Assembly: GCA_043228905.1 (NCBI GenBank)
Contig: JBHGNT010000099.1
Span: 1 to 64,000, forward strand
Source of the DNA: Azolla caroliniana
Taxonomy: Eukaryota; Plantae; Polypodiophyta
Reading direction: 5' to 3'
DNA: 64,000 nucleotides
Made by a program: the position numbers and the translations under genes. Positions within the stretch are counted from its first letter, which is position 1. The number at the start of each line of letters is the position of its first letter. Positions 36,219-48,360 of the stretch are shown here, in pieces. Under the pieces are notes generated by a model, which was given only the letters and a program-made list of their open reading frames with translations, searched no databases and was not told the origin of the DNA.

Positions 36219-36676
36219 AATACGACTCGAAGGGTACACAGACGCGGACTGGGCAGGCTACAAAGCCGATCGACGATTGACCTCCAGATTTGTCTTCTTG
36301 CTCGGTAGCGGAGCAATATCTTGGAGTAGTAAGAAGCAGCCTACCGTCGCCCTTTCGAGTATGGAGGCCGCATGTGAAGCCGTATGGCTCAAGAGGGTAC
36401 ACAGACGCGGACTGGGCAGGCTACAAAGCCGATCGACGATTGACCTCCAGATTTGTCTTCTTGCTCGGTAGCGGAGCAATATCTTGGAGTAGTAAGAAGC
36501 AATACGACTCGAAGGGTACACAGACGCGGACTGGGCAGGCTACAAAGCCGATCGACGATTGACCTCCAGATTTGTCTTCTTGCTCGGTAGCGGAGCAATA
36601 TCTTGGAGTAGTAAGAAGCAGCCTACCGTCGCCCTTTCGAGTATGGAGGCCGCATGTGAAGCCGTATGGCTCAAGA
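36219..36676 (+). repeat. Triplicated RNase H N-terminal segment in element B
   Basis: GGGTACACAGACGCGGACTGGGCAGGCTACAAAGCC...AGTAGTAAGAAGCA occurs at about 36232, 36395 and 36514. Confidence 0.92.
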
Positions 36677-37327
36677 GGATTATAAAGGATCTGGGTGTTC
36701 CCATCAAGGATCCAACTCCCATTTACTGCGACAATATGAGTAGTATATATCTGGCTCGGAACCCGGTGTTCCACGTGTGCACAAAACACATCGAACTGCA
36801 CTATCACTTCATTCGAGAGCACGTACAGGCCGGAGATGTCGACCTTCAACACCAACACTGTTACCCTTCCGGCAAAGGAGTTGAAGACCAAAATGTGAAA
36901 GGGATTGTATATTCAGAATCTATTATAATTAAGTAGTTTATGAGACGTGAACGGACGGACCGGAATTGGTATGCCGAACCGGTTCCGAACAAGTGCCGGT
37001 TGGCACCGTTTTGTACTCAACACCGCTGACCTATATAAAGGCCCGGTTACAATGTAAAACTTTGAAGGATAATTAATAGAGCTTCTTGTTTTATCTTTAA
37101 GTGTTGATTATCGTTCTGTGCTAATTGTTCTATCATACGCGTGTATCAAGTCTAATGCCATATTGCTAAGTAACCAATTAAAGTTTGATTAATCTCACCG
37201 TAGCACCCCTTTGGTGAAGTGTCTTCCATAGACAGCTTGTGTTAGGCCATTGTCCGGCCCTAAGGAATAACACAGTTTTTGGCGACCACGATTCATGCAC
37301 AATCGCAACGAACAACGACGGGAATGG

Positions 37328-40300
37328 ATGACTAGAACAACGAATGACCCGGTTATGGAGCGAGCAAGGAGACTTGTTGAATGGTTGAGGAAGCGAGAGG
37401 CTTTCCAGCAAGAGATAGAAGAAAGCAGAGCGGATCGCTCATTTTCCAAGGTGATCTAGAGAGTGACCAAGGAGTCACTTCGTTTACAACAAAACGACTA
37501 CCCAGACGAAGGAAGCAACCTAAGCAGCCTCCGGGAAGCGGAATCCCTTCTCCAGGCATTGGCAGCAGGCGAAGGCGAATTCGAAGCATTTTCGACTTTT
37601 GAATCGGGTTCGGAAGAGGAATACAACGCGCATACAAACTACCGCAGCAGTAACGATACCCCAGACGGACCGGAGGACGAGGTATCAGATACCTTGCCGA
37701 CACCGGAACCAGAATTGACAAGGCTGGAACCTCCAGCACCGAAAGTTGAGCACACTCCGAAACCAAAAGTCGAGGAAGAGAGACCTCCGACACTGGAACT
37801 CGAGGAGGAGAGGCCTCCAACACCGAAAGAGGAGCAGGAAAGACCTCTGATGCTGACAAAGGAGGAGGAAAGACCACCAACACCACCAGCCTGCGTACCG
37901 ACACCAGATGACGATATGTCGTTCCAATATCCCAGATACCGGGATGATCTGGACGCGGAAGCCCACGTTCATGCGTTTCAGCAGACCTGGGAGGCAAACC
38001 ATGTGTCCCAACGCTTAAATGCGGCCGAAGAGGAACGCTAAAAAATGGCAGAGTTCGGCATGACCCTGGAGGGACCGGCCGCCAGATGGCACCGAACACA
38101 AGATCCCCGCACCATCCCCACGTTTGAAGCATTAAAGACCAAATTCTTGCATTTCTTTCACAAGGAGATGGACCAACGGGAAATGGTAGGCCTATTTTAC
38201 ATTATCCCACAGGAACCAACGGAGAACATTCAAAAGTTTGTCATCCGGTTCCAGCGGATCCATAGTCAGCTCAGCCGGGCACCACCAGAGGAAGAAACAA
38301 AGGCCATATTCTTAGCAGCACTCTGGGAACCCTTACGAACGGTGTGCACCGTCATTGATTTCTGCACCAGCGGCATAGATCAAGTGATCGACCGAGTTTA
38401 GGAAATGGAAAAATCAAGTTCATGGCTAACCATGGGCACACTTCAGCGTGCACTACCGAGAGATGAGGACCTCCGCTTTCGGCAAGCAATTCAATGTACG
38501 ACATGCCTGAATGCCGGACATTCAGCGTTGGAATGCACCATGCGTTCCCAATGCTTGCTCTGCCACTCCAGAAGTCACACAATGGAACAATGTGAGTATA
38601 ACTTGTTAAATCGGCAAGCACCACCGGTCCGACAAATTGAACCACGAAGCAACCGGGAGGAAGAGGAAGAACACTGGCAGTGAGAGGAGCGCTACTGGCC
38701 GACACAAGATGTCCGGTACAATGATCGAAGAGACACTTATGACCGGTATGACAGACAGGATAGATACCGGGACTATAATGGACGGTACGAGAGATACAAC
38801 CGGGATCACTCCCCTGGTTACAACCAACGACCGTACGACTATGGCAAGTATGACGACCAACCCCGTTAAAGTTACCGAAACAAAAAGAATTTCAACAAGA
38901 AACGTCATTTCAACAAAAAGGGTGGTCATCCACGGGAACCGGAAAAGGGCGCTCCAAGCAACCAACCGGACCAAAACCAAGCACTTACCACAGGACCTCA
39001 ATCGGGTGCGGGCACAAACACCAAATCTAGCAACACTCGGAAGGCATACTGCTATTATTGATGGCAAGAAGGCCACTATAGTAACCAATGTCCGGTGAAG
39101 AGCTACAACAAGTGACCAGTGGTGAACATGGTAGTCGCAGAAGTCACAGACTTACAACAAGTCACTACAAGATCAAAAGGCAAAACCACGGAGTGGGAAA
39201 CTCAAGAAGTCATCCAGAAGCAGGCAATCGAATGGGTGAAGAAGGCAAATGAGCGGAATGTGGCAGAGCAGTCCGACAATCACAGCCATCGTGAAAGGAA
39301 AAGAGCTACCCGACACGATTATCGATGGAGGATTCGGCGTGAACGTGATCAACCTCCGAACGTGTAACACTCTAGGAATCCATGATTGGGAACCATGCTC
39401 ATTTTGGCTTCGGATGGCGGACATAAGCTTACTATGGCCGACCGGATTAATACGTGATCTGGAAGTGACCATCGGGGGTCACACATTTCGCATTTCGGCA
39501 GTAGTTCTCCAGCTACAGGCTCAAGGAGTTTACCCACTATTGTTGGGACGCCCTTGGTTAAAAACAACACACATGAAGCAAAACTGGAGGAAGAATATAA
39601 TTAGGTTCCGGCGTGGAAAAGCGAAAGTGCGAGTACCGACTCAACCACGGTCGGGTACCGGCAAGGAATTGATGCCGCTATATGCGGAATGTGTCAACAT
39701 GCTAGAAGGATTGGCGGACGAAGAGGTCGATCAATACTTACAGGAAAATCTGAAGATCGTACCTCTGTTCGAAATTGATGCAGTCGAAGCAGTATCACCG
39801 TACATATTGCAACCGGATGGGACCGATGAGGAACCGGATAAAGAAGCGATCCGGGAGTTATGGCAAGCACATGAGGCATAGGAAAGAGAAATGGCAGTGT
39901 CGCAGTGCGTAAAAGCACCCCAACTAGAAGAGGTAAGCCTAGGTACCATAGAGGACGCAAGACCGGTTCACATCGCCAAGGAAATGACCCCGGAGAACAA
40001 AACGGCAATGATCACACTCCTAAAAGAATTTCGCGATGTTTTCGCCTGGTCCTATGAGGACATGCGGGGACTCAATCCTCAGTTGTATTAACACTAGATA
40101 CATTTGAGTAAAGACGCCAAACCGGTAGCGCAACGGCGTTACCGGATGAACCCGAATTACGCAGCAAAAGTCAAAGAAGAAATCGACAAGTTGCTAAGGG
40201 TTGGCTTCATCCGGCCGGTAAAGAAAGCCACATGGCTCAGTCCAATAGTCGTAGTACCGAAAAAGAACGGTAAGATAAGAGTTTGCGTTGACTACCGGAA

Positions 40301-42947
40301 ATTGAATGCGGCTACATTAACGGACACCTTCCCACTTCCATTCACGGATGGAGTCTTGGATGCGGTCTCCGGTCATGAGGTGTACAGTTTTCTGGATAGT
40401 TTCAACGGCTATAATCAGATCCGGATGCACCCCAACGACCAGGAGAAAAGCGCTGTTGTCACCAAATGGGGAGTCTTTGTTGCCGTAGTTATGATGTTCG
40501 GATTGAAAACGGAGCCGACAACCTTCCAGCGGATCATCATGGAGATTTTCGGAGAATTCATTCCGACATTCATGCAAGTGTTCTTGGACTACTTTGCTAT
40601 TTATAGCCGGGAAGGGGATCACCTTCAGCACCTCCGACTATGTTTGGAGAAATGTAGGGTTTACCGGCTAAGCCTTAACCCGACAAAATGCTTGTTCGGA
40701 GTGTCCAACGGAGTGTTACTTGACCACATCGTGAGCAAGGACGGTATTGCAATGGATCCGGACAAGGTCAAAGCTATTTTGGAGGCACCGGCACCAACCA
40801 CTGCAAAGGCATAAACCCAGTTCTTAGGACAAATTCGGTGGCATAGCTGAATGCTCCGGTATCTGGCAGACCTGGCTACACCATTGCATGCCACGGTACA
40901 TCGGAAACCCTTCCAATGGATGGACAAAGAAGACAAGGCTTACAGGCCACTAAAAGTACTATTGTCACAAGTGCCGGTGGTGCAACCTCCGGATTGGTCT
41001 AAAGAGTTCCATGTGTTCGTTGACGCGTCCGACATCGCAATTGAGAGTGCGCTTATGCAACTTACAGAACCGAAGTGGTACCGACCAGTGTATTATGCCA
41101 GCCGGAAGCTGTCCCAAGCAGAACGTAATTATTCCACAACGGAAAGAGAGGCCTTGGGCATGATCTACAATATCACCAAGTTTAGACACTATCTGTTGGG
41201 AAGGAAATTTTCCTTTCACATAGATCATTCGGCGCTCCTCTATTTGGTGTCCAAAGCATCACTCACTAGTAAGCTGGCCTGGTGGCCGTTACTATTACAT
41301 GAATTTGAGTTCGAGATATTCCACCTACCCGGCATACAACATGCGGTAGTAGACTATTTGAGTCGGTTAGATTCCGGCGAAACCGGTCACGGCATCCCAG
41401 ACGAGTTCCCAGATGTAGAGTTGTTTAGAGTCACAGCAGAAATGACAACGGATGGTACGGTCACAGAGGAAGACAAGTGGCTCACCAACATGCACCAATT
41501 TCTGAGCACCGGCTTACCTCCGGAGGAGATGAACAGAGACGAGAGGAAACGCTTAGCGGTTCAAAGCTGGCACTTCTATCTATTATAGGATACACTATAC
41601 CACAAAGGCGCAGATGGCATATGGCGGTGTGTAGTGCGCAACGACGAAAAGGACATAATATTGCGCGAAGCACACTACGAGATGACTGGAGGACATTATG
41701 CCGGAGACGCTACGACAAGGAAAATATGGCAGAGTGGACTATGGTGGCCAACAACATTGAAGGATGCAGTTCGGTACGCTAAAGAATACGACCTATCTCA
41801 GCGAATGGGCCAACCAACCGAACAAGCCAGGATGCCTGACCAGCCCGTGCTACCGTTAGAACCATTTCAGAAATGGGGGCTGGACTTTGTTGGTCCATTC
41901 AAACCACCAACAATGAGAACTGACAACCAGTATGTGATTGTCGCTATGGATTATTGCACAAAATGGGTGGAAGCCAAAGCACTACGCGACAACACCACGA
42001 CATCCACGACAAATGTTTTATATGAATACATCTGGTGCTGGTATGGATGTCCGATAGAGCTAATAAGTGACCAAGGTGGTCACTTCTTCAAGAAAGTGGT
42101 GGAAAGGTTGACAACATTCTATGCGGTGGTGCATAAACGGAGCACTCCCTATTATCCGCAAGGCAACGGATTAGCCGAGTCAACAAATAAAACACTACAG
42201 AACATGCTTCGAAAAATCTTCAATGAGAACTGGACAGATTGGGATACAAAGCTACACATTGCACTTTGAGCCTATCGAACGGCATATAAGACAAGTATCC
42301 GCACAACACCGTTTCGCCTAGCATTCGGATTGGAAGCAGTGATGCCGGTCGAGTTCCAGGTACCGAGTTTACGAATACAGATTCGGGAACGCCTAAATGA
42401 GAAGGAATCGGAAGCGATCCGGTTAGCCGCGCTATGCGAATTGGAAGAACACCGGGTAGCCAGCATCATGCACCTAGAACTAGAGCAACGGCGAAGGAAA
42501 GCGTTCGTGGATCGTCACCGAAAAGGGAACGAAACGATGTTCGAAATCGATAAGCCGGTACTAGTATTCCAGACCCGGATGGTTAAGATGCTGGGGAAGC
42601 TACGGTTTCGGTGGACCGGTCCATACTGGATCACGCGTGAGTTCAACGGTTCCTACCAGTTAGGGACACTCGCCGGCGAGGTTCTAGGTAAATGGGTCAA
42701 TGGGTTCCGACTCAAACCATACAATGGACCCACGCCAAGAAACCCATTTGAACAAGTAAAGGCCGACACAGAACCGGACACCGGCAAGTCCGAACAGACG
42801 GCAACACATTTAGCAATCGGCAAGCGCGAAGCTGGTAAGAGGGAGCATGAACCGGCAAACGGCAAGAACGACGTGACAGCAAGTAGTCCAGTAGCCGACA
42901 AGTCCCACAATTCGGATAGGGGTCCGATGGGACCAGATGCGAATTAA
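37328..42947 (+). pseudogene. Gypsy gag-pol, multiply interrupted
   Basis: CTTCLNAGHSALEC/CLLCHSRSHTMEQC, IIDGGFGVNVI, RVCVDYRKLN, FVDASD..NYSTTERE, WGLDFVGP, SDQGGH, PQGNGLAESTN. Start approximate. Confidence 0.9.
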
Positions 42948-42998
42948 CCAAACAGTTTTATAAAGAAAAAAAAAAATAAAAAAAAAAAATAAAAAAAA

Positions 42999-43035
<37 letters not shown>

Positions 43036-43372
43036 ATCAAATCAAAGTAATTCATGCAAGGGCAAGGTGTGAACGGACACAGGCAACAACGTGGAGTGAA
43101 CAGGCACCTTGAAAAGGTACGTAGTGGGCTATTAATAGGGTATTAAATTGTCGCCACATGGCACGTCATTCTATTCTAGTACACGACGTGCACACGCGTG
43201 GGTAAGAAAAAAAAAGGGGCTAACATGCAGCAAGAAAACCCCCATCGCATGGAGGTCTTCACATTTCGTGAATAGGGAGCACAAACACACACAAGCGATT
43301 GAAGATCATCAAACGTGAGCCCACGCACACAGAGCCTCCTCACACACATCCCTCACCGACCTCGAAGAAGCC

Positions 43373-46075
43373 ATGGACTGCCAAGCACTCTCTGAAGCAG
43401 CCAAGAAGTGGCTAAGGCAACTCGAGTTAGAAGGTTTCCTCATGATCATGGAGGCGCCACCGCATCGGGAGGCGGAGAAGATAGTAAAGGAAATCGACAC
43501 AGAGCTGATCACGAAGGAGGCCATCCATGCTTTGATTGGCCTTCCGGAGGGGGGCATCTTCACTATCGACAACCCTATCCTGGAGCAACTCTGAAAATAT
43601 TTTGGCGAATATTTTCTGGCCAAGACACAGGGCGGTGAAGATACATTATTTCGAGAGATTGCCCGTGTGCTCCATGAATTTGGACATGTATACCCTCGAC
43701 CCCCGTGCATGCCTCCGAACCGAGCCGGCTTAGTCATAGCAATGTATGAAGGCGTGAAGGTGGACTGGCCGGTACTGATTGCGAACGGCCTCTGTGCGGC
43801 CATCGACTCTGTAAGAGGCAAGGAGGGTCGGAAAATATGGACTGCACTGGCGCAATGGCACACCCTATTGGCGCCACCTATCAAGCTTGACAAGACCACG
43901 AAGTGGGGGAGAACGACCGAAGGCACCCCGGAAACGGCTTCGAAACGGCAGCAGCTTTTGGCCTCTAAGGCACCCAAAGGGAAGGCGGCTGACAAGGACA
44001 AGGCGGCAAAAGAGTGCGCCAATAGGAAGCGACAGGTGGAAATGCAGGAGGAGACATCGGCACGGCCAATCAAGATCATATTTTACCGACCGGTTCAACA
44101 AGAGCCGGACCCTTTGGCAACAAAATTCAACATCGGGACTCAAGAGGAGGAAGCGAAGGAGGAACCGTTAGAGCACCTCCAACAGCACCAGAAGGCAAGC
44201 ACCGCAGAATAGGCCGGGGAGTGTTCAAACCCAAAGAAGGATGGAACGCTTCTACCCCGTACTGAGCATCCCGCACCAAGGGTGGAATTGGAACCGGTTT
44301 GGACAGAACCGGTCACAGAGCTCCCTGCACAACAAGCTATACCGGCGGGTTAGGATACGGCAAGACCCGGAATTCAAGTGCCAGTAGTACAATTGCGTGC
44401 CTCACTGGCAGGTTAAGAGCAATCAGAGGCGGAGCGGCTAACTGAGGTGCAACCGGAACCAGAACGGCAAAGTGGTCACCAACCAGAGACAGAGTTGCAG
44501 CTCGACGCAACCAGACAAGACCGACCACTGGCTAGCGGAACCAATAGCCAACCCTCCGTGCAGACGGAACAACAGGGCACCGACAGCCAATGGCTCCGGA
44601 GTGGTGCACTACATAGAGGCGAAAGAGAAAGCGCAGATGGACCGGTTGCTAGTCACAACCGGAGAACTAGAGACGGTCCGGTCGAGGATCCAGAGCCTAG
44701 AACAAGACTTGGACCTAGCCACAGAAAAATTGGCCAAAATGGCCTTAACCGGACCACAGATCCAAGCACCGGTGACTCTGGTAGATGTACAGAATAAAGA
44801 CACACCAGCACCTGTACATTGTAATAAGACCCCAGAGACGGAAATAGCCCCGGAGACAGTGGCGGCGCAAGCGAAAGAGCTTGCCGAATTGAAAGAGGAA
44901 CTGGCCGCACAAGAAGCATTACGCACCCGAGAAAAGGACTTGAAGAAACCGACAGAAGAAGAACAAAGAAAGATTGCTAAGAACCTCTGCCGGGCAGAAG
45001 AGAATCTGCGGAAAGGATATCATGCATATGAACGACTTAAGGAGGAGAAAGAGAAAGTGTTGCAAGAAAAGGATAAGCTGCGACGGATGGCGGAAACGAA
45101 GATTGAAAGACTTAAAGAAGAACTCCATCAACAGAAAGATCGGGAAGACCGCGCTCGCCGGCAACTCAACCAGAAGTTGAAGCAGAAGACCGATGATTTT
45201 GAGCACCTACACCGGGACTATAAGCACTTGGATACGGAGCATAAGAAGAAGTAGGAGAAGATGGCAGAGCTCCGGCAGGAAGTTCATCGAGCTGAGACAA
45301 CGCTAGCTGAAGAACGGGCTGAAAGAACATCGCTACTGGAGGAAGCCGCGCAAGAACGTATGGAGCTCTAGAAGCAGCATTATGAAGAAAAGGAAAGAGC
45401 GACAATGGTATTGCAGAGGTTGCAGAACACCTACCAAAACCAATTGTCACATTACCGGGAGCAGGAGGCGGACACGGTGAAGCTGATCAAGCAATTGAAG
45501 GAAGAACGACAAGCCGTGGAGGACAAATCGAAGATGGGACTTGAGCGGATCCAGTTCATTGTCCAGGCATGGAGGAACAAGACAAAATTCTTGATTGACG
45601 AAAGTTCCGTGCAATGGTGGGACAAATGGGCAAAGCACACAGCCGAGCTCCAATTGCTAAGGGCGGACGCAGAAAACCGGCAGAAGGATGGCGACGACTG
45701 CTACATGCTAACAAAGGAGGACTTCACCGTCGTAAGAGATGAGTTAGTAGAAGACTTTGTAACTCTGGCGAAGGAACAGTCAGCAGTGGTCCAACAACTA
45801 GTAGCACAGCTGGACGATGATCGACTGGATACTCAAATCCAGTTTGAAAGCTATGAGCGGACCAGGCTACGACAAGAAGAAGCAAAGCAGGCGGTGACCG
45901 TCAACCTCAGCGATAAGGAGCCATCGTCGGGGCAAGGACAGGATGGATACAAGTCTAGGGCAAGTGAACCGGAGTCAAATACGGCAGAGCAGCTGACAGA
46001 GAAATCACCGCCACAATTGTCGGTACTAGGAGCCGGACAGACGCCATCCAAGGAGCAACAGTCGGGGGAGCCAGA
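43373..46075 (+). pseudogene. Extra sense ORF downstream of Gypsy pol (about 900 codons, interrupted) with a long coiled-coil-like C-terminal half
   Basis: Consecutive ORF pieces at 43373, 43667, 44472 and 45405 after an A-rich tract (42960-43045). E/K/Q/L-rich heptad-like sequence; homologous to 48361-49730. Confidence 0.75.
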
Positions 46076-48360
46076 GTTGATTACCGTTCTATGCTAATTG
46101 TTCTATCATATGCGTGTATCAAGTCTAATGCCATATTGCTAAGTAACCAATTAAAGTCTGATTAATCGTTGAGTCTTAAGCCGTAGCACCCCTTTGGTGA
46201 AGTGTCTTCCGTAGACACCCTATGTTAGGCCATTGTCCGACCCTAAGGAATAACAAACACGAATCTTTAGATGACCGACATCTTCACCAAAGCCTTAGGA
46301 GCTGACAAACTTCGGCAATTCATGTCAGGCCTTGGATTGATGATCCCTGACTTGCCAAGCTTGAGAGGGAGTACAAGCGGACACCAAAGATCGTCCAAAG
46401 CGGATACCAGTTGAAGCAGACACCAATCAAAAGGAACCAACCTGAGTTGAGCTTGAGGGGGCGTGTTGAGAATCCAGCTCAACATAGCACCACGTGTGAA
46501 CACACCTTTTGAGAATCCATGATTACTCAAAAGTCAAGAGTCACACCACTACTCTCTACACATTAACTATGTGTCATAGAATCATATTCTATGACACATA
46601 ACTAATCAGTTACATATTCCCCATGACTATGAGTCTTCACATTCCCTAAGAGAGAGAGTGGTTGTTGAAAAGTTAATGAAGAGAGAGGGTGACTCTATAT
46701 AAAGCACCCTCCTCATACTTCATATTAGGTCGGTTGTGACTCCTTATTATGCTACATTTTATAATTCTTATTCTACTTGTGTAATATACACCTTCTTCTT
46801 GAGTATTTTATTTCTCTTGTCTATCTATCTAGTGTTCTCTCATCTCTCCTCTAATTCCTCTCACACATACACATAACACACATCTCTTCCGCTACACAAG
46901 AATTATACCCGATTCTTTACAGGTGCAGTCGGTTGAAATTGTGGTTTCAAAGTACAACCATACCAAATCAGGTTCTATCATTCTGTGACTGTATTTCGTC
47001 TTATCTCATAGTGGAAATTTTTGTTCTCGTGGTTTTTCCTTGAAATCAGGGGTTTCCATGTAAATCGTGTGCTACTTCTTTTATTTCTGTTTGTGTCTAA
47101 GTTATTTGTAACTTCCATCTGAGTGGAAATCATAACAAATTGGTATTAGAGCGAGGTTCTAGATGGAAGGGAATGTGAATGGCTTTCCGGGGATGATGTT
47201 CCTAAACTCACAAAAGTACTCAGACTGGAAGATCAAAAGGGAAGATCTTCTGATAGTCAAAGATCTATATGAGCCTATAGAAAAGGAAGACATACCTAGA
47301 GGGGTAATAGAATTTGAGTGGAAAACTCTAATTAGAAAGGCAGTTGCAACCATACGACAGTGTGTAGACATTAGTGTTCTACAACATGTAGCAAGTGATA
47401 CAAATGCCTATGAGTTATGGCAAAAACTCTCAGCTCTCTACGAAAAGAAAAGTGCCTTGAATAAAACTTCTCTAATGAGAAAAATAGTGAGACTAAAGTA
47501 CGTAAATGGGGAGAGTATCGTAGAGTTTCATGGGGCTGGTAAACCAGTTAGCATTAGCGAAGTTTCCTTTAGATGATGCTATGCATGCCACACTACTATT
47601 ATGTACTTTGCCTGACAATTGGGAAAACCTAATAGTGACACTCAATACCTCATGTAAAGAACACAACCTATCTTTACAAGTATTAAAAACAAGTATTCTA
47701 AATGAAGAGACAAGAAGAAAGGATAAAAGTGCCTTGTCTCAATCATAAGCTAATGTGACCCAAGAACTCAATAGAGGAAGAAGAGAACATAGAAGTTCAG
47801 AAAATGGAGATAAGTTTTATGGAAGGTCGAAATCAAGAGGAAGACCTACATGCTCCTATTGTGGGAAGCATAGTCATTTCCAAAAGAATTGTCGACGCCG
47901 TAGAAAGGACAAAGGCATGGCTAATGAGGTTGAACCCAGAAAAATTGCTGATGATAAAAACACCTCAACCATTGCAACTAGTGAGGAAAAGATGTTAGTT
48001 ATCTGTGAGCAAGTTAGTGTGAATCTTGCAAATGTTGAGTGCTCATGGGTAGTGGACTCCGGTGCATCATTCCACCTAACTCCCAAAAGAGAATGTTTCT
48101 CATCTTACATAACCGGTGACTATGGCTACGTAAGGATGGGAAATGATGGTGAATGCAAGATTGTGGCCATAGGTAATGTGTGTTTGCTAACATCTACTGG
48201 CTACAGCTTAACATTGAAGGATGTATGCCATGTTTCGGATGTCAGATTGAATCTGATATTGGTTGGCCGGCTAGATGATGAAAGCTGCAATGGCGACCGT
48301 TTTCGAAATGGTACATGAAAGTTCTGTTAAGGGAGCCTGATTACAGCAGGCCCAAGAGCG

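Larger units (their letters stand above)
36859..46255 (+). mobile_element. Gypsy (non-chromovirus-like) element in the RNase H of B. 5' LTR 36859-37272, 3' LTR remnant 46076-46255, TSD AACAC
   Basis: TGTTA...TAACA ends, AACAC at 36854-36858 and 46256-46260, PBS TGGCGACCAC (tRNA-Arg-like) at 37280. Domain order gag-PR-RT-RH-INT. Confidence 0.93.
31074..46921 (+). mobile_element. Full-length decayed Copia element B inserted in the LTR of A. LTRs 31074-31529 and 46464-46921, TSD GGTGC
   Basis: Direct TG...CA repeats of about 456 and 458 bp (roughly 16 substitutions by eye). GGTGC at 31069-31073 and 46922-46926. PBS TGGTATCAGAGC at 31530, PPT at 46453-46463. gag-PR-INT-RT-RH with stops and frameshifts from 31702. 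Confidence 0.95.
30506..48360 (+). mobile_element. Copia element A, 5' part: LTR split as 30506-31073 plus 46927-47137, PBS 47141-47152, decayed gag-protease 47163-48360
   Basis: LTR ends TGTTATGA...TCATAACA, PBS TGGTATTAGAGC. The gag MEGNVNGFPGMMFLNSQKYSDWKIK, CSYCGKHSHFQKNC and WVVDSGAS are homologous to the element at 58831. Confidence 0.88.

Noticed and set aside
46076-46255. Gypsy LTR remnant looks more diverged from its 5' LTR than the LTRs of its host element B
   Set aside because: Only about 170 bp are comparable and most changes are transitions, too few to contradict the TSD-defined nesting order.
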